Positions 9,504 through 18,131 of a stretch of DNA of 64,000 nt are shown here, in pieces. Origin of the DNA: an uncultured Halobacteriales archaeon (GTDB lineage: Archaea > Thermoplasmatota > E2 > JACPAO01 > JAHFTW01). How positions within the stretch are numbered: the first letter of the stretch is position 1; each line of letters opens with the position of its first letter. The notes under the pieces are model-generated. The model saw nothing but the letters and a program-made list of their open reading frames with translations, was not told where the DNA came from and did not search any database. The stretch is from positions 5,337-69,336 of the forward strand of contig CAZVJB010000012.1 in assembly GCA_964627625.1 (NCBI GenBank), in the 5' to 3' direction. A program made the translations under genes and the position numbers.

Positions 9504-9592
9504 CAGAACACCGCCTTCCCGGGGCACGCAGGGTAAGTGCATTCGGCGGTGCAGGCGCGCCCACAATACGGGCACACGGGCAGGGCGATCAT
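9503..9592 (-). CDS. 29-aa Cys-rich microprotein (CPxCG type)
   Basis: MIALPVCPYCGRACTAECTYPACPGKAVF; start and stop both overlap neighbours (ATGA, TGATG). Confidence 0.6.
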   Translation of the reverse strand: MIALPVCPYCGRACTAECTYPACPGKAVF

Positions 9593-10068
9593 TGCGTCGC
9601 CTCCGCACGCCAAACCGCCCGAGGCGCCGGTTCGGCGCCACGGTACGTCCGGCCAGCCGCCATGGCGCGCAGGCGCATCGTCGCCTCCGCACGCAGGAGT
9701 AGGCGTTCCGCGTACGATTGCGAAGCGTAGTGCGACGGCCAGAAATCGCCGGCAACCTCCGCGAGGTCATCGACGGGTGCGCCGTCCAATTCGTCGCGGC
9801 CGTAGCCGGCCAGTTCGGCGGCGCTTCGGCTAAGGCGTCGCGCCCAGGCCGGCGTCGGCTCGGGCAATTCGTGGAGGGCTCGCTCGGCGCATGGACCGCA
9901 CGTCGCGTGTCGTCCGGCGGGGTACTCCGCGGCCAGTAGTAGCGGCGTGGAGCACGCCGCGCACGAGGCGAGGCGGGCCGTCGGGATGCGCGGGCAGTGG
10001 GGGCCGTGCGGTTGCGGGTAGGGGCAGCTGGGGCGCATGCATTTCGGGTCGTTTTCAGTTCGGGCCAT
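9589..10068 (-). CDS. Zn-finger hypothetical protein
   Basis: CMRPSC..HGPHC, CAAC..CGPC; start MARTEND at 10068. Confidence 0.6.
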   Translation of the reverse strand: MARTENDPKCMRPSCPYPQPHGPHCPRIPTARLASCAACSTPLLLAAEYPAGRHATCGPCAERALHELPEPTPAWARRLSRSAAELAGYGRDELDGAPVDDLAEVAGDFWPSHYASQSYAERLLLRAEATMRLRAMAAGRTYRGAEPAPRAVWRAEATQ

Positions 10069-10617
10069 AGGGCACCGAGAAGGGGCTCTGCGAATCCCAT
10101 AATGGGCCAACGGGCGCAAGCGCCGTGGCCCATGTTGGGTGAGTGTTGCTCCTTTCGGCGCCTGGCCCGAACGGACTCGACCCGAAACCGCCCCCAGCAG
10201 CCCCACCCAACCGCACGGCCCCAATTCTTCAAGTCGTGCCGGCCGGGCAACGATGCGCGGCCCGCAGGCCGTGCATCGTTGGGACGCGCAGGAGAGCCGG
10301 CGCAGCCGGCCGACAAGCGGCCCTGCCCGGACGGAGGTAGTCTGGTCGGAGATATCATTCGTCCACGCTGCCGCGCGTCCGATTGCCACGCCGCGTCCTT
10401 TGGGGCGCCGTAATCCGCGTCTTGCCGAGCCGCGCGCCAGTGCGTTGCCGAACGCGACTCATGCCCGTATGGCTGGAATCGCCGGCATGCACGGCTCGGC
10501 ATCTCGTTTCGTGCGCTGTCGGCAAGCTCGAGGAGGAATAGCCGGCCTCTGCGGCATCACCGCATGCCCAAACCCCGGTTCGATGCACTATTCATCCACA
10601 CCGGGTTTGCTGGTTCC

Positions 10618-11094
10618 ATGGATTGGATCATCGATGTCGTGTTGCCCGCCGGAATTACTGTAGTGGGCATTTTCGCTGCCTTCCAACTTGACCACCTGAT
10701 CGAACGGAGGGGCCGCCGACGGCGATTCGAGGCTACCTTGAGTGACTTGTGGAAAAGCGTCCAGACGAACTTGGCGGTGCTGGGCAGAATCGAGGTGCAA
10801 CTTCGCGCAGGGAAGACCTCTACACAGGCCAACCTGGAATTCTTCATGTGGGACATGCATCGAGACAGCATGGCAGCCGCCGTGAATGACAATGGCCTGC
10901 GAACTGGGTTTGCACGAATGTTTGAAAACTTTCGCCGGATCGACGACGCGATAAGCCGCCTGCATGACGACCCACCAGAAGGTATGGCCGAGGCTCTGCG
11001 AATCACCGTACTAGAGCGGAGTGCCGCCGCAATCGAACACGCCCGCAAACTGGAAGACAGAATCAGGAACCAGTTGAACGTGACGCCCTCCTGA
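10618..11094 (+). CDS. Single-TM helical hypothetical protein
   Basis: N-terminal TM, then RRGRRRR and L..NL; same layout as 37317-38156. Confidence 0.7.
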   Translation: MDWIIDVVLPAGITVVGIFAAFQLDHLIERRGRRRRFEATLSDLWKSVQTNLAVLGRIEVQLRAGKTSTQANLEFFMWDMHRDSMAAAVNDNGLRTGFARMFENFRRIDDAISRLHDDPPEGMAEALRITVLERSAAAIEHARKLEDRIRNQLNVTPS

Positions 11095-11113
11095 TGCCAC
11101 AATCCGATGGAGG

Positions 11114-12601
11114 CTATCGTGGCGTTGCGGTGGGCGCACGCGCCGCGTCGACGATGGGCCTAGGAGGCTCTACGTTCCACAACGCTCCCATGACCCCCGG
11201 GCCCAGGAAAGCCGCGAGCTGGCCAGTCGGAGTGTTCTGACCCATGACCTTGCCAAGTCTGAAGGCCCAATTGAGGCCCTTGGAGTCTAGGATGGCCGAA
11301 ATTGGCTCGATGATACCTTTCAAGTCCGAGGTCATCCGGTCTCCATCGGCCACCGCAAGCAATGCGTCTCGCTTGTTTCCGTAGTTCGGGGCGGCACTTC
11401 GGATTTTTGATCGGGCGTCCTCCCATCCCTTGTGCCCAAGCGCGACGAGTACCTCGTCGGCCACGTAGAGATTTTCTGTTTCGTGACAGGCCAGCTGAAG
11501 AAATTTGATTCTCTTCTGCGGGTGTGTGTTCTCGGCAGGAAGTGCCTCATCCGCGTCTAGTAGGGCATAGCCCCGCAAGCCTTTCGCTTCATCGGACAGC
11601 GTCTCGAAGATTTCTTCCAGCTTCCGCTGGTACTGTTTCACTTCTGGGCCACCGTTGCACGGGACAACAGCTAACCGAGGGCCGTTCTGGCGAGGAACTT
11701 GGCTCCATGCCCGGTAATCGTCGTCCCCTTCAACGAGCACGATTGGCGCTCCGAACAGAGGCCCCATCAGGACGTGCCCGCCCAAGATTGCGGTTAGCTC
11801 TCTTTCGTGTCGTGAAACCGGCTCCGCCTTAAGATCCTGTTCCCGGCGATTCATGTGAATCAGGCTCGCACGTTCAGCTCCGTAATGCGCCAATCCTGCG
11901 ACAAGTGTAGTGCTGTGCGTGGCAACAATCATCTGAATTCCGAAGTGGCTAGAGACCGTGCATAGAAAGTCGGCTAGTCGTTCTTGCAGGTCGGGATGAA
12001 GATGAGTGTCGGGCTCATCCAACAGCAAGAGCGGGGCAGCCCTCTCCTCCAGCTTCCAGATGGCGCACATCGTCAAGACGTCGATACCTAGGGCGAAACT
12101 CTCCGCCTCACCTGAGCTCAGCTGGCCCACCTGTCCAACCACCTCTTGCGTGTCCTTCCGTTTGAGCTCGTACGGAGGATTGCGATTTCGAAAGATTAGC
12201 GCGAAGTCGGGTAGAAGGGGCGCCACGAGATTGGCCAACTCTTTCGGAGGTAGAGGAATATCGGGACGGTCGATACTGCCGCGTGCCGCCATGTAGGTTT
12301 GAATCCGAACCACCACGTGCTGTCGGTATTCCGCGTGCAGGTTTGCATTCGCCACATTTTGGCGCGTTGCGGGATCGGATTGCTGAACCAGGTAGCTACC
12401 TTCGTAGGTGATGTTGCCTGGCCGCTCGGGCACAATGTAGTGGCGCTGCGACGCGTCCTGGTTGCGGATTGCCCTAAGCAGCTGGCTCTTTCCGGATCCG
12501 TTCTTACCCATCACGATTGTCATGGGTGTGAGTCCTCTCAGTTTCCACTCGCCCCCGCCCTCCAAGAATGGGGGCTTGGGCACGTTCAATTCAGTTGTCA
12601 T
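11114..12601 (-). CDS. OLD-like ABC ATPase plus TOPRIM nuclease
   Basis: GKNGSGKS, LSSGE, LLLLDEPDTHLHP, ATHS; TOPRIM VLVEGDDD and LLDAD. Confidence 0.85.
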   Translation of the reverse strand: MTTELNVPKPPFLEGGGEWKLRGLTPMTIVMGKNGSGKSQLLRAIRNQDASQRHYIVPERPGNITYEGSYLVQQSDPATRQNVANANLHAEYRQHVVVRIQTYMAARGSIDRPDIPLPPKELANLVAPLLPDFALIFRNRNPPYELKRKDTQEVVGQVGQLSSGEAESFALGIDVLTMCAIWKLEERAAPLLLLDEPDTHLHPDLQERLADFLCTVSSHFGIQMIVATHSTTLVAGLAHYGAERASLIHMNRREQDLKAEPVSRHERELTAILGGHVLMGPLFGAPIVLVEGDDDYRAWSQVPRQNGPRLAVVPCNGGPEVKQYQRKLEEIFETLSDEAKGLRGYALLDADEALPAENTHPQKRIKFLQLACHETENLYVADEVLVALGHKGWEDARSKIRSAAPNYGNKRDALLAVADGDRMTSDLKGIIEPISAILDSKGLNWAFRLGKVMGQNTPTGQLAAFLGPGVMGALWNVEPPRPIVDAARAPTATPR

Positions 12602-12836
12602 GGCGCCTACGCTGCAACGGCGCGACCTCCGTGAATCATATTCAACCTTTCGCGCGGCGGCACGCTTGCCTGCGGGCGGCGCCGACCCGCACGAGGGAAC
12701 TCCCTGGCGGTGACTTCGCCGCCCTGGGCTGCGCTATCCCGACGAGAATATCGTCGTGGATCCCTGTTTCACTGTTGACTCGTGCCCAGCAAACGCGCGG
12801 GCCAAAAATGAAGAGCGGTTACCCCCTGGCCGCCTT

Positions 12837-13484
12837 ATGACGTGGGCTGAATCATTGTTCTCATGGAAGGAGATCATCCTTGCGGGGGCCGCCTTTCTAA
12901 ACCTTGCATGGCGCGTTTTCGCCGTACGTCACGAATCGTCCAAGTCATCGCGCGAACTTCTAGACATGGCGGAACGACTGGAGGCTCATGAGGGACCCGA
13001 GGCCGACTTGCTTCGGGCCCGGCACTACGAAGTCCTCCGGCGATGGTACTTCCGGAGCCGCTCGTGGAAATCACTTGGCGCGGTGTCTGTCTGGACCCTT
13101 GCGGGCCTGGCCATCATGCAAACCGGCTCTGAGAATGCCAGTGTTCGCCTGCCCTTTCTCGTTCTCGGTTTGGCATGTCTTGCTGCCGCCGGCGGATCAT
13201 ACCGGAAGTGGCAAGGATATGTGGAGACCGGGCAGTACCAAGTACACCAAATTCTTGAGCGAAAGACTTCGGACGCCTATGAACGATATGCCGCATCCAA
13301 TCCAATGGAGAATTTGACGCCCGAGGAGAATCGATTCGACGCCTGGTTTGACAGAGTGGGAACCCGCCTTGCCAAGGTAGGTTGGCTCCGCAAAGCCCGC
13401 ATGCCGACGTTAGTACTTCTTGGCGCTGCCGCCGCGATATTGTTTGTCGCGTCCTACTTCTACGGTTGGAATCTGCGCCTTTAG
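12837..13484 (+). CDS. Multi-pass membrane protein
   Basis: About 4 hydrophobic segments; resembles 38995-39612. Confidence 0.7.
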   Translation: MTWAESLFSWKEIILAGAAFLNLAWRVFAVRHESSKSSRELLDMAERLEAHEGPEADLLRARHYEVLRRWYFRSRSWKSLGAVSVWTLAGLAIMQTGSENASVRLPFLVLGLACLAAAGGSYRKWQGYVETGQYQVHQILERKTSDAYERYAASNPMENLTPEENRFDAWFDRVGTRLAKVGWLRKARMPTLVLLGAAAAILFVASYFYGWNLRL

Positions 13485-13677
13485 TTCCCCGTTCTGCCAA
13501 GGACACGCCCAACACTTTGCACAACCCTGGGTAGGATTGCGCCGCCGCTAGTTGGGTCGCCTGGCCGCGAATGCGCACTGCACAATCATTCGACCGATGC
13601 CGAAGTGCGCCGCGAACGCAGCAGCATGACTGGCAAAGCGTTGTCGTCGATGGGAGTTCCAGTACCGGCTCCGGCCG

Positions 13678-14511
13678 CTATCGCGCGTTGGCCGGGCTCT
13701 TCGGCTCACGGTATTCGGGCTTGGCGGTTTTGAGCAACAGGGTGGTGCTGTCACCGCCGAGGCCACATCGCTTGCAACCCCAAATCGTGCTTTCCTTGAA
13801 GCCTGGCGTGTTGTCCTTCTCGCGCTCAATCTTGCCTTCGATGCACAAGGGGCAGCGCAGCGTGTAATCGACGATGTAGCCGCGTTCCCGGGCGTCCAGG
13901 AGTTCGCATTGCTGCCAGTGGAGCTCGCCGTCCTCCAGGAGCTTCGCACGAACCTTTTCGTGGGGATACGGTTCAAGGCGGGGGGGTTTGCCGCCGCTGG
14001 AAAGCGTGGCATCCAAGGCGAACATGGTCTGGAAGCAGATAACGCGCAACGGATCGCGGTCGGTTGCCTCGAACGACGGGTCGCGTTTCAGTAGCGCGAG
14101 CATGGGGCCCACGGCCGCCGCGGCCTTCTTCAGATCCCGCGTATGCGCGTAGCAGTTCCGGATGTCGTTGAGGAGCACGATGTTGTGGTGAGTAACCGGG
14201 TCCAGCGCCCCTGCCTGGTCGAGTTGTTTCACCTTACGGGAGAACCGCCAATGCTTCTCCAATTGGAGGGCATTAAGGAGCTTGTCGAGCCAGTACTCGA
14301 CATACAAGTGCATGGTGATGACATGGCTTCGTACGAGATCGGGATTGAAGATTTCGTCGACAAGATCCCAGATGGCGTCCGGCGGACCAGTTGCAGCTTG
14401 TCCCCGAGCATCCGCGAGGGTCGCATACATCAAGGGCCGCGCATCCGCGTTCTCCAGTAGGCCCTCCGCGTCGTCCACGTCTTCGTCGTCGAACTCGGTG
14501 CCGTCACCCAT
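13678..14511 (-). CDS. HEPN/MtlR-like domain plus C-terminal Zn ribbon
   Basis: HLYVEYWLDKLL..FSRKV..LNDIRNCYAH; CPLC..CKRC. Confidence 0.7.
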   Translation of the reverse strand: MGDGTEFDDEDVDDAEGLLENADARPLMYATLADARGQAATGPPDAIWDLVDEIFNPDLVRSHVITMHLYVEYWLDKLLNALQLEKHWRFSRKVKQLDQAGALDPVTHHNIVLLNDIRNCYAHTRDLKKAAAAVGPMLALLKRDPSFEATDRDPLRVICFQTMFALDATLSSGGKPPRLEPYPHEKVRAKLLEDGELHWQQCELLDARERGYIVDYTLRCPLCIEGKIEREKDNTPGFKESTIWGCKRCGLGGDSTTLLLKTAKPEYREPKSPANAR

Positions 14512-14607
14512 GCCGAGGCCAACGTACGCTTGCAGTATAAGTTCGCACATCAATCAGGCAATCCGGCTAGCCGACGCCAATATCCGTCGGCTTTCGTTCC
14601 AAAGTCC

Positions 14608-15567
14608 GTGGAACAGGCTGAGGCCCCCCGGTCGGAGTGCGGACTATGCGCGCGACGCGGGGTGAAGTCAGTATTACGGCGCCCGCCCGGCCACGTCATC
14701 TGCGACAACTGCGGAACCGACTTCCGCATCGACCACCACGACCCGGTTGAGGCGTGGCTCTACGACTTCGAAAGCCTTCTTCGCGACCGGAATCCCTGCC
14801 TCTTCGCCGCCGGCATGGAGGGACTACAGGGGTCGAGATCCGCCGAACTGCTTAACGACGCCTGGTGGAACATCACCCTTCGACGCCATAACATCGGAAT
14901 CATGGTGCTCGGGACGCTGCTGGAGGCAACGCTCCAAGACGTGCTATACGTGCACCGCTACGAACGATTCCGCGGAGAACTCCGGTCTCTCTGCGATTAC
15001 CTCCGGGCGGTGCGCGTCGTGGACGCGCAGTTGCTCGACTTCGCGGACACCTTCCGCGAGAACGTCCGCAACCGATGGCAGCATCAGAAGGTACACGAGA
15101 TAACCGCCGGCGGGAGCGTGCACGGTGTCTCGATTACCTTCGAACCCGCCCAAGGTGTCACCGACATTCTCAACGCAGCCACCAAGATTCGCGATGGCGC
15201 GGTTCCCTTGAAGCGCTTGACCATCGAAACGAACCCTGCGATCGAAGTCATCCTGAAGCTGCGTGTCGATGAGGACTTGGCCGTCCCCTTGTACAACAAG
15301 GTCTGGATGTGGGTGAACTTGGTGTCCAGCCGCTACTTGGCCGACCGCCATTACCGGAAACTCCACGCGCGCTACGATGGACCGCCGCCCGAATGGGTTG
15401 AATTCAAGAACGGGAAGCGCCGCGTTGTCCAGCCCGAAGGCCACGTCGGAGACGCGTTCCAGGTCCTCGACGCCCCTGTTCGGGACGCCGTGGGCCGCTC
15501 GGGGAGGGCCGGCGGAGCGCTTCAACCTCGACGTCCAACCACGGCACTCGGCAAGGCCCTCACGTGA
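14608..15567 (+). CDS. Zn ribbon plus HEPN-like domain protein
   Basis: CGLC..CDNC; LGTLLEATL..VRNRWQH; start uncertain. Confidence 0.68.
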   Translation: MEQAEAPRSECGLCARRGVKSVLRRPPGHVICDNCGTDFRIDHHDPVEAWLYDFESLLRDRNPCLFAAGMEGLQGSRSAELLNDAWWNITLRRHNIGIMVLGTLLEATLQDVLYVHRYERFRGELRSLCDYLRAVRVVDAQLLDFADTFRENVRNRWQHQKVHEITAGGSVHGVSITFEPAQGVTDILNAATKIRDGAVPLKRLTIETNPAIEVILKLRVDEDLAVPLYNKVWMWVNLVSSRYLADRHYRKLHARYDGPPPEWVEFKNGKRRVVQPEGHVGDAFQVLDAPVRDAVGRSGRAGGALQPRRPTTALGKALT

Positions 15568-15748
15568 TGGCCGATTCGATGCGGCTCCAGGGTTGGGGAA
15601 ATCCCGCTCCATGCCGGGCCTGGCCCGTTCCCTTTGTTCCGACGGGGCATGGATAGCATCCAGCCGGAAACCCTGGCCCCGAAGCGGTGTCCAATGTCGG
15701 GGCGCAATCCCTTCGTGGTTTTCGCGAGGATTGCCACGGGGGCTTGGT

Positions 15749-17266
15749 TCAGGTGCTCGGCCGGTGAAGGGATTGTAGCTCCGTCTGAGCCCGGGGAAGC
15801 AACAGTTTTCGAAGAACGTCGCGGGCCGCTGCCGCCTCGGCGGCCGTCGCCTCGTGCCCGCGATGAGCCACGCTGTCGCGTACCTTCTTCGTTGTGTCGA
15901 TGTCCTTTGGGTCCGGCAAGTCGGCCGCCTTGAGGTCCCGAGCGAGCCGAAGTGCCTCGCCGAAGGACCTTTTGCTGCAGTAGTCCCGCACGGCCTGCGG
16001 TGTGCGTGCCTCACTGAGGCCGTCGTCGAGGGCGCTGTAGACCACGCGCTCAATGCCGGTCCACGCAGTTAGGAGGCTTGCTCCGTGGCGGCCTTGGTCG
16101 GCCAAGGCTGAGGCATCGACGAGGTACTCGATGACGTCGCCCCACTTGCTGTGGGCAAGATGCCATGCTTGGCGGCCGGCCCGGGACATCACGTCGTCAG
16201 CGACGTGTCGAAGGGAGCGTTCTTGGATCCACTGGAAGATTCCTGTTCCGTCTTGCGAGGGGCTTTGCCGGGTTGGGTCGGAGATCATGCCGATGGTGGA
16301 GAAGAGACTGGACGGACTGGGGCGGGGGTTGAGTTGGTATTGGGCACAATCGTTGGGCCCGATGGCTCGTACGACTAGGCCCTCTTGAGCCAGGGCGTAG
16401 ACGAGGTGGTTGAGGACCTTTCGGCCGAGGCGCAGCTCGGCGGTTTTGACGAAGATGAATCCCTCTGCCGTGTAGCTAATCGATGTGCCGTGGATTGGGC
16501 GCAGGTCTGCACGCTGCAGTCGCATCACGTCTGTGGGCTCACTGGATATCAAGCTCCAGAGAGTGGCGTCCGGCTGGTTGCCCAATGCCGCGCGCGGGTG
16601 CAGGCACGTCCAGGCGCCGTCCCATTTTGGCTCCTGTCTTTCCGGTGCCGGTGGGGGAGGGGTCGCCGTCGTCCTCGCCACGTATTCCTGGTGCGACGTG
16701 TAGTCGTAGACCGCCTGGGCAATCATGCGGGGAATCGCCTCTTGCGGGTTCACCTCCAAGGGGCCGTGCCACTCGATATGGGTTAGCTCCCGGATGAGCC
16801 GCGAGGAGCCCCCCTCTCCCAGCCGAGTGCTTGTGGTGTGGAAGAGCAACTCCTTCGCCTGGTGCACGAATGCCGCGTGGTAGTCCATTTCGATTCGCCG
16901 CAGCGTCAAGGGTTTCCCGGGTTCCGCGGGCATGGGAAGCATGGCGAAGCTTTCCTGCGTGGAGTCGACCGGTGGGTCCCAGGCCGGCAGCTTGAGACTC
17001 GTCTCGAAGTTCGCAAGCACCTCCTTGTAGGTTGGGGCTTGGTAGACGTCCACGCGGTGGTCCTCGACGCCCGGGTGGCGAATGATCGAAATGAGACTCG
17101 TGTCTTCGGGTTCGATGCGATGGACGACGACTTGACAAGGATTCGGCAACAGCCAAGGGTGACACTTCAGGATGACCTGGTTGTCGAGCGCCCTCGTTTG
17201 CACTCGGAATTCGTTCGCCAACTCCAGGATGACCTCTCGAATGCGCGCCATTGCCGATTCCGTCAT
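15749..17266 (-). CDS. Large protein with a C-terminal HEPN-like domain
   Basis: ASLLTAWTGIERVV..KVRDSVAHRG. Confidence 0.72.
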   Translation of the reverse strand: MTESAMARIREVILELANEFRVQTRALDNQVILKCHPWLLPNPCQVVVHRIEPEDTSLISIIRHPGVEDHRVDVYQAPTYKEVLANFETSLKLPAWDPPVDSTQESFAMLPMPAEPGKPLTLRRIEMDYHAAFVHQAKELLFHTTSTRLGEGGSSRLIRELTHIEWHGPLEVNPQEAIPRMIAQAVYDYTSHQEYVARTTATPPPPAPERQEPKWDGAWTCLHPRAALGNQPDATLWSLISSEPTDVMRLQRADLRPIHGTSISYTAEGFIFVKTAELRLGRKVLNHLVYALAQEGLVVRAIGPNDCAQYQLNPRPSPSSLFSTIGMISDPTRQSPSQDGTGIFQWIQERSLRHVADDVMSRAGRQAWHLAHSKWGDVIEYLVDASALADQGRHGASLLTAWTGIERVVYSALDDGLSEARTPQAVRDYCSKRSFGEALRLARDLKAADLPDPKDIDTTKKVRDSVAHRGHEATAAEAAAARDVLRKLLLPRAQTELQSLHRPST

Positions 17267-17769
17267 GGCGGCCTTCAACATATCCTTTCATGGCTTGTAC
17301 ACGCCTCGGCGGGTCACAAAGGAAGATCTGCCGGTCGTCGGGGTGGGTTTGCCCTGGGCCGGCGCCAGTACTGTTTCTGTACTGTCGGACACTCGTTGGT
17401 GTTGGCGATAGCCTGCGAGGGCTATCATCACGGGCATGAAACAAGTCGTCCCCGGTTATTTCCGCACGCGAGAATATCCTGAGTCGAAGAGTGCCACGTC
17501 CTGGCCCGCACGCTCTAGGCGTGGCAATCTCGGTCCCCGAATTGTGCCGTTCGACCTAGAGTTGTGACCGCATCCGGCCAATGACGCGGCCAGAAGGACC
17601 GCAATCAAACCCGTCACCATGACAACTTTGCCCATGAAGCGCGCGATGCCCAAACCAGCCAAAAGGATTCGCCGGCGAAAGCACGTCCGCAGCGGCCCCG
17701 AAGGCTCAGGCGCGAAAATGCAACGTCAATTTGCTGAAAAAATGAGCAAACTACCGGGCCGCATACCGC

Positions 17770-18033
17770 CTAGCGCTTGCGTTTCTGGGTAAAGTCCAAG
17801 ATGGGTTTGCTTGTTTTCCCGGTGTACAGTTCCCCCATGGCGGCGGCGCGCTCCTCCTCGCGTTCCAGCCAGCGACGCAAGCCCTCCTCCGTGAAACTGG
17901 ACTTGTTCGTGTAGCCCAGCTCGGGAAAATGTTCAACGAGTTTCTCCGCCCGGCCCAGCAAGGCCGATGGCAGGCTGATCGTACCGTACGACCTTCTAGC
18001 CGCGGCAGGCCCCGCTTGGGTGCGTACTTTCAT
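17770..18033 (-). CDS. Ribbon-helix-helix (CopG/Arc-like) regulator
   Basis: YGTISLPSALL..LGYTNKSSFTEEGLRRWLE; divergent from the Rhs gene. Confidence 0.78.
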   Translation of the reverse strand: MKVRTQAGPAAARRSYGTISLPSALLGRAEKLVEHFPELGYTNKSSFTEEGLRRWLEREEERAAAMGELYTGKTSKPILDFTQKRKR

Positions 18034-18131
18034 CGCAACTTGCAAGGGCGGGCACATAATAACCTGCACTCGGATTTCCACCGGAAGCCATCCGCCAAGA
18101 CCTATATGGCGCGCACTTATCAGTCAAAATC

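Noticed and set aside
17290-17662. Lipoprotein gene (SLAGC)
   Set aside because: Stops after about 60 aa; possibly a frameshifted remnant, but no convincing continuation
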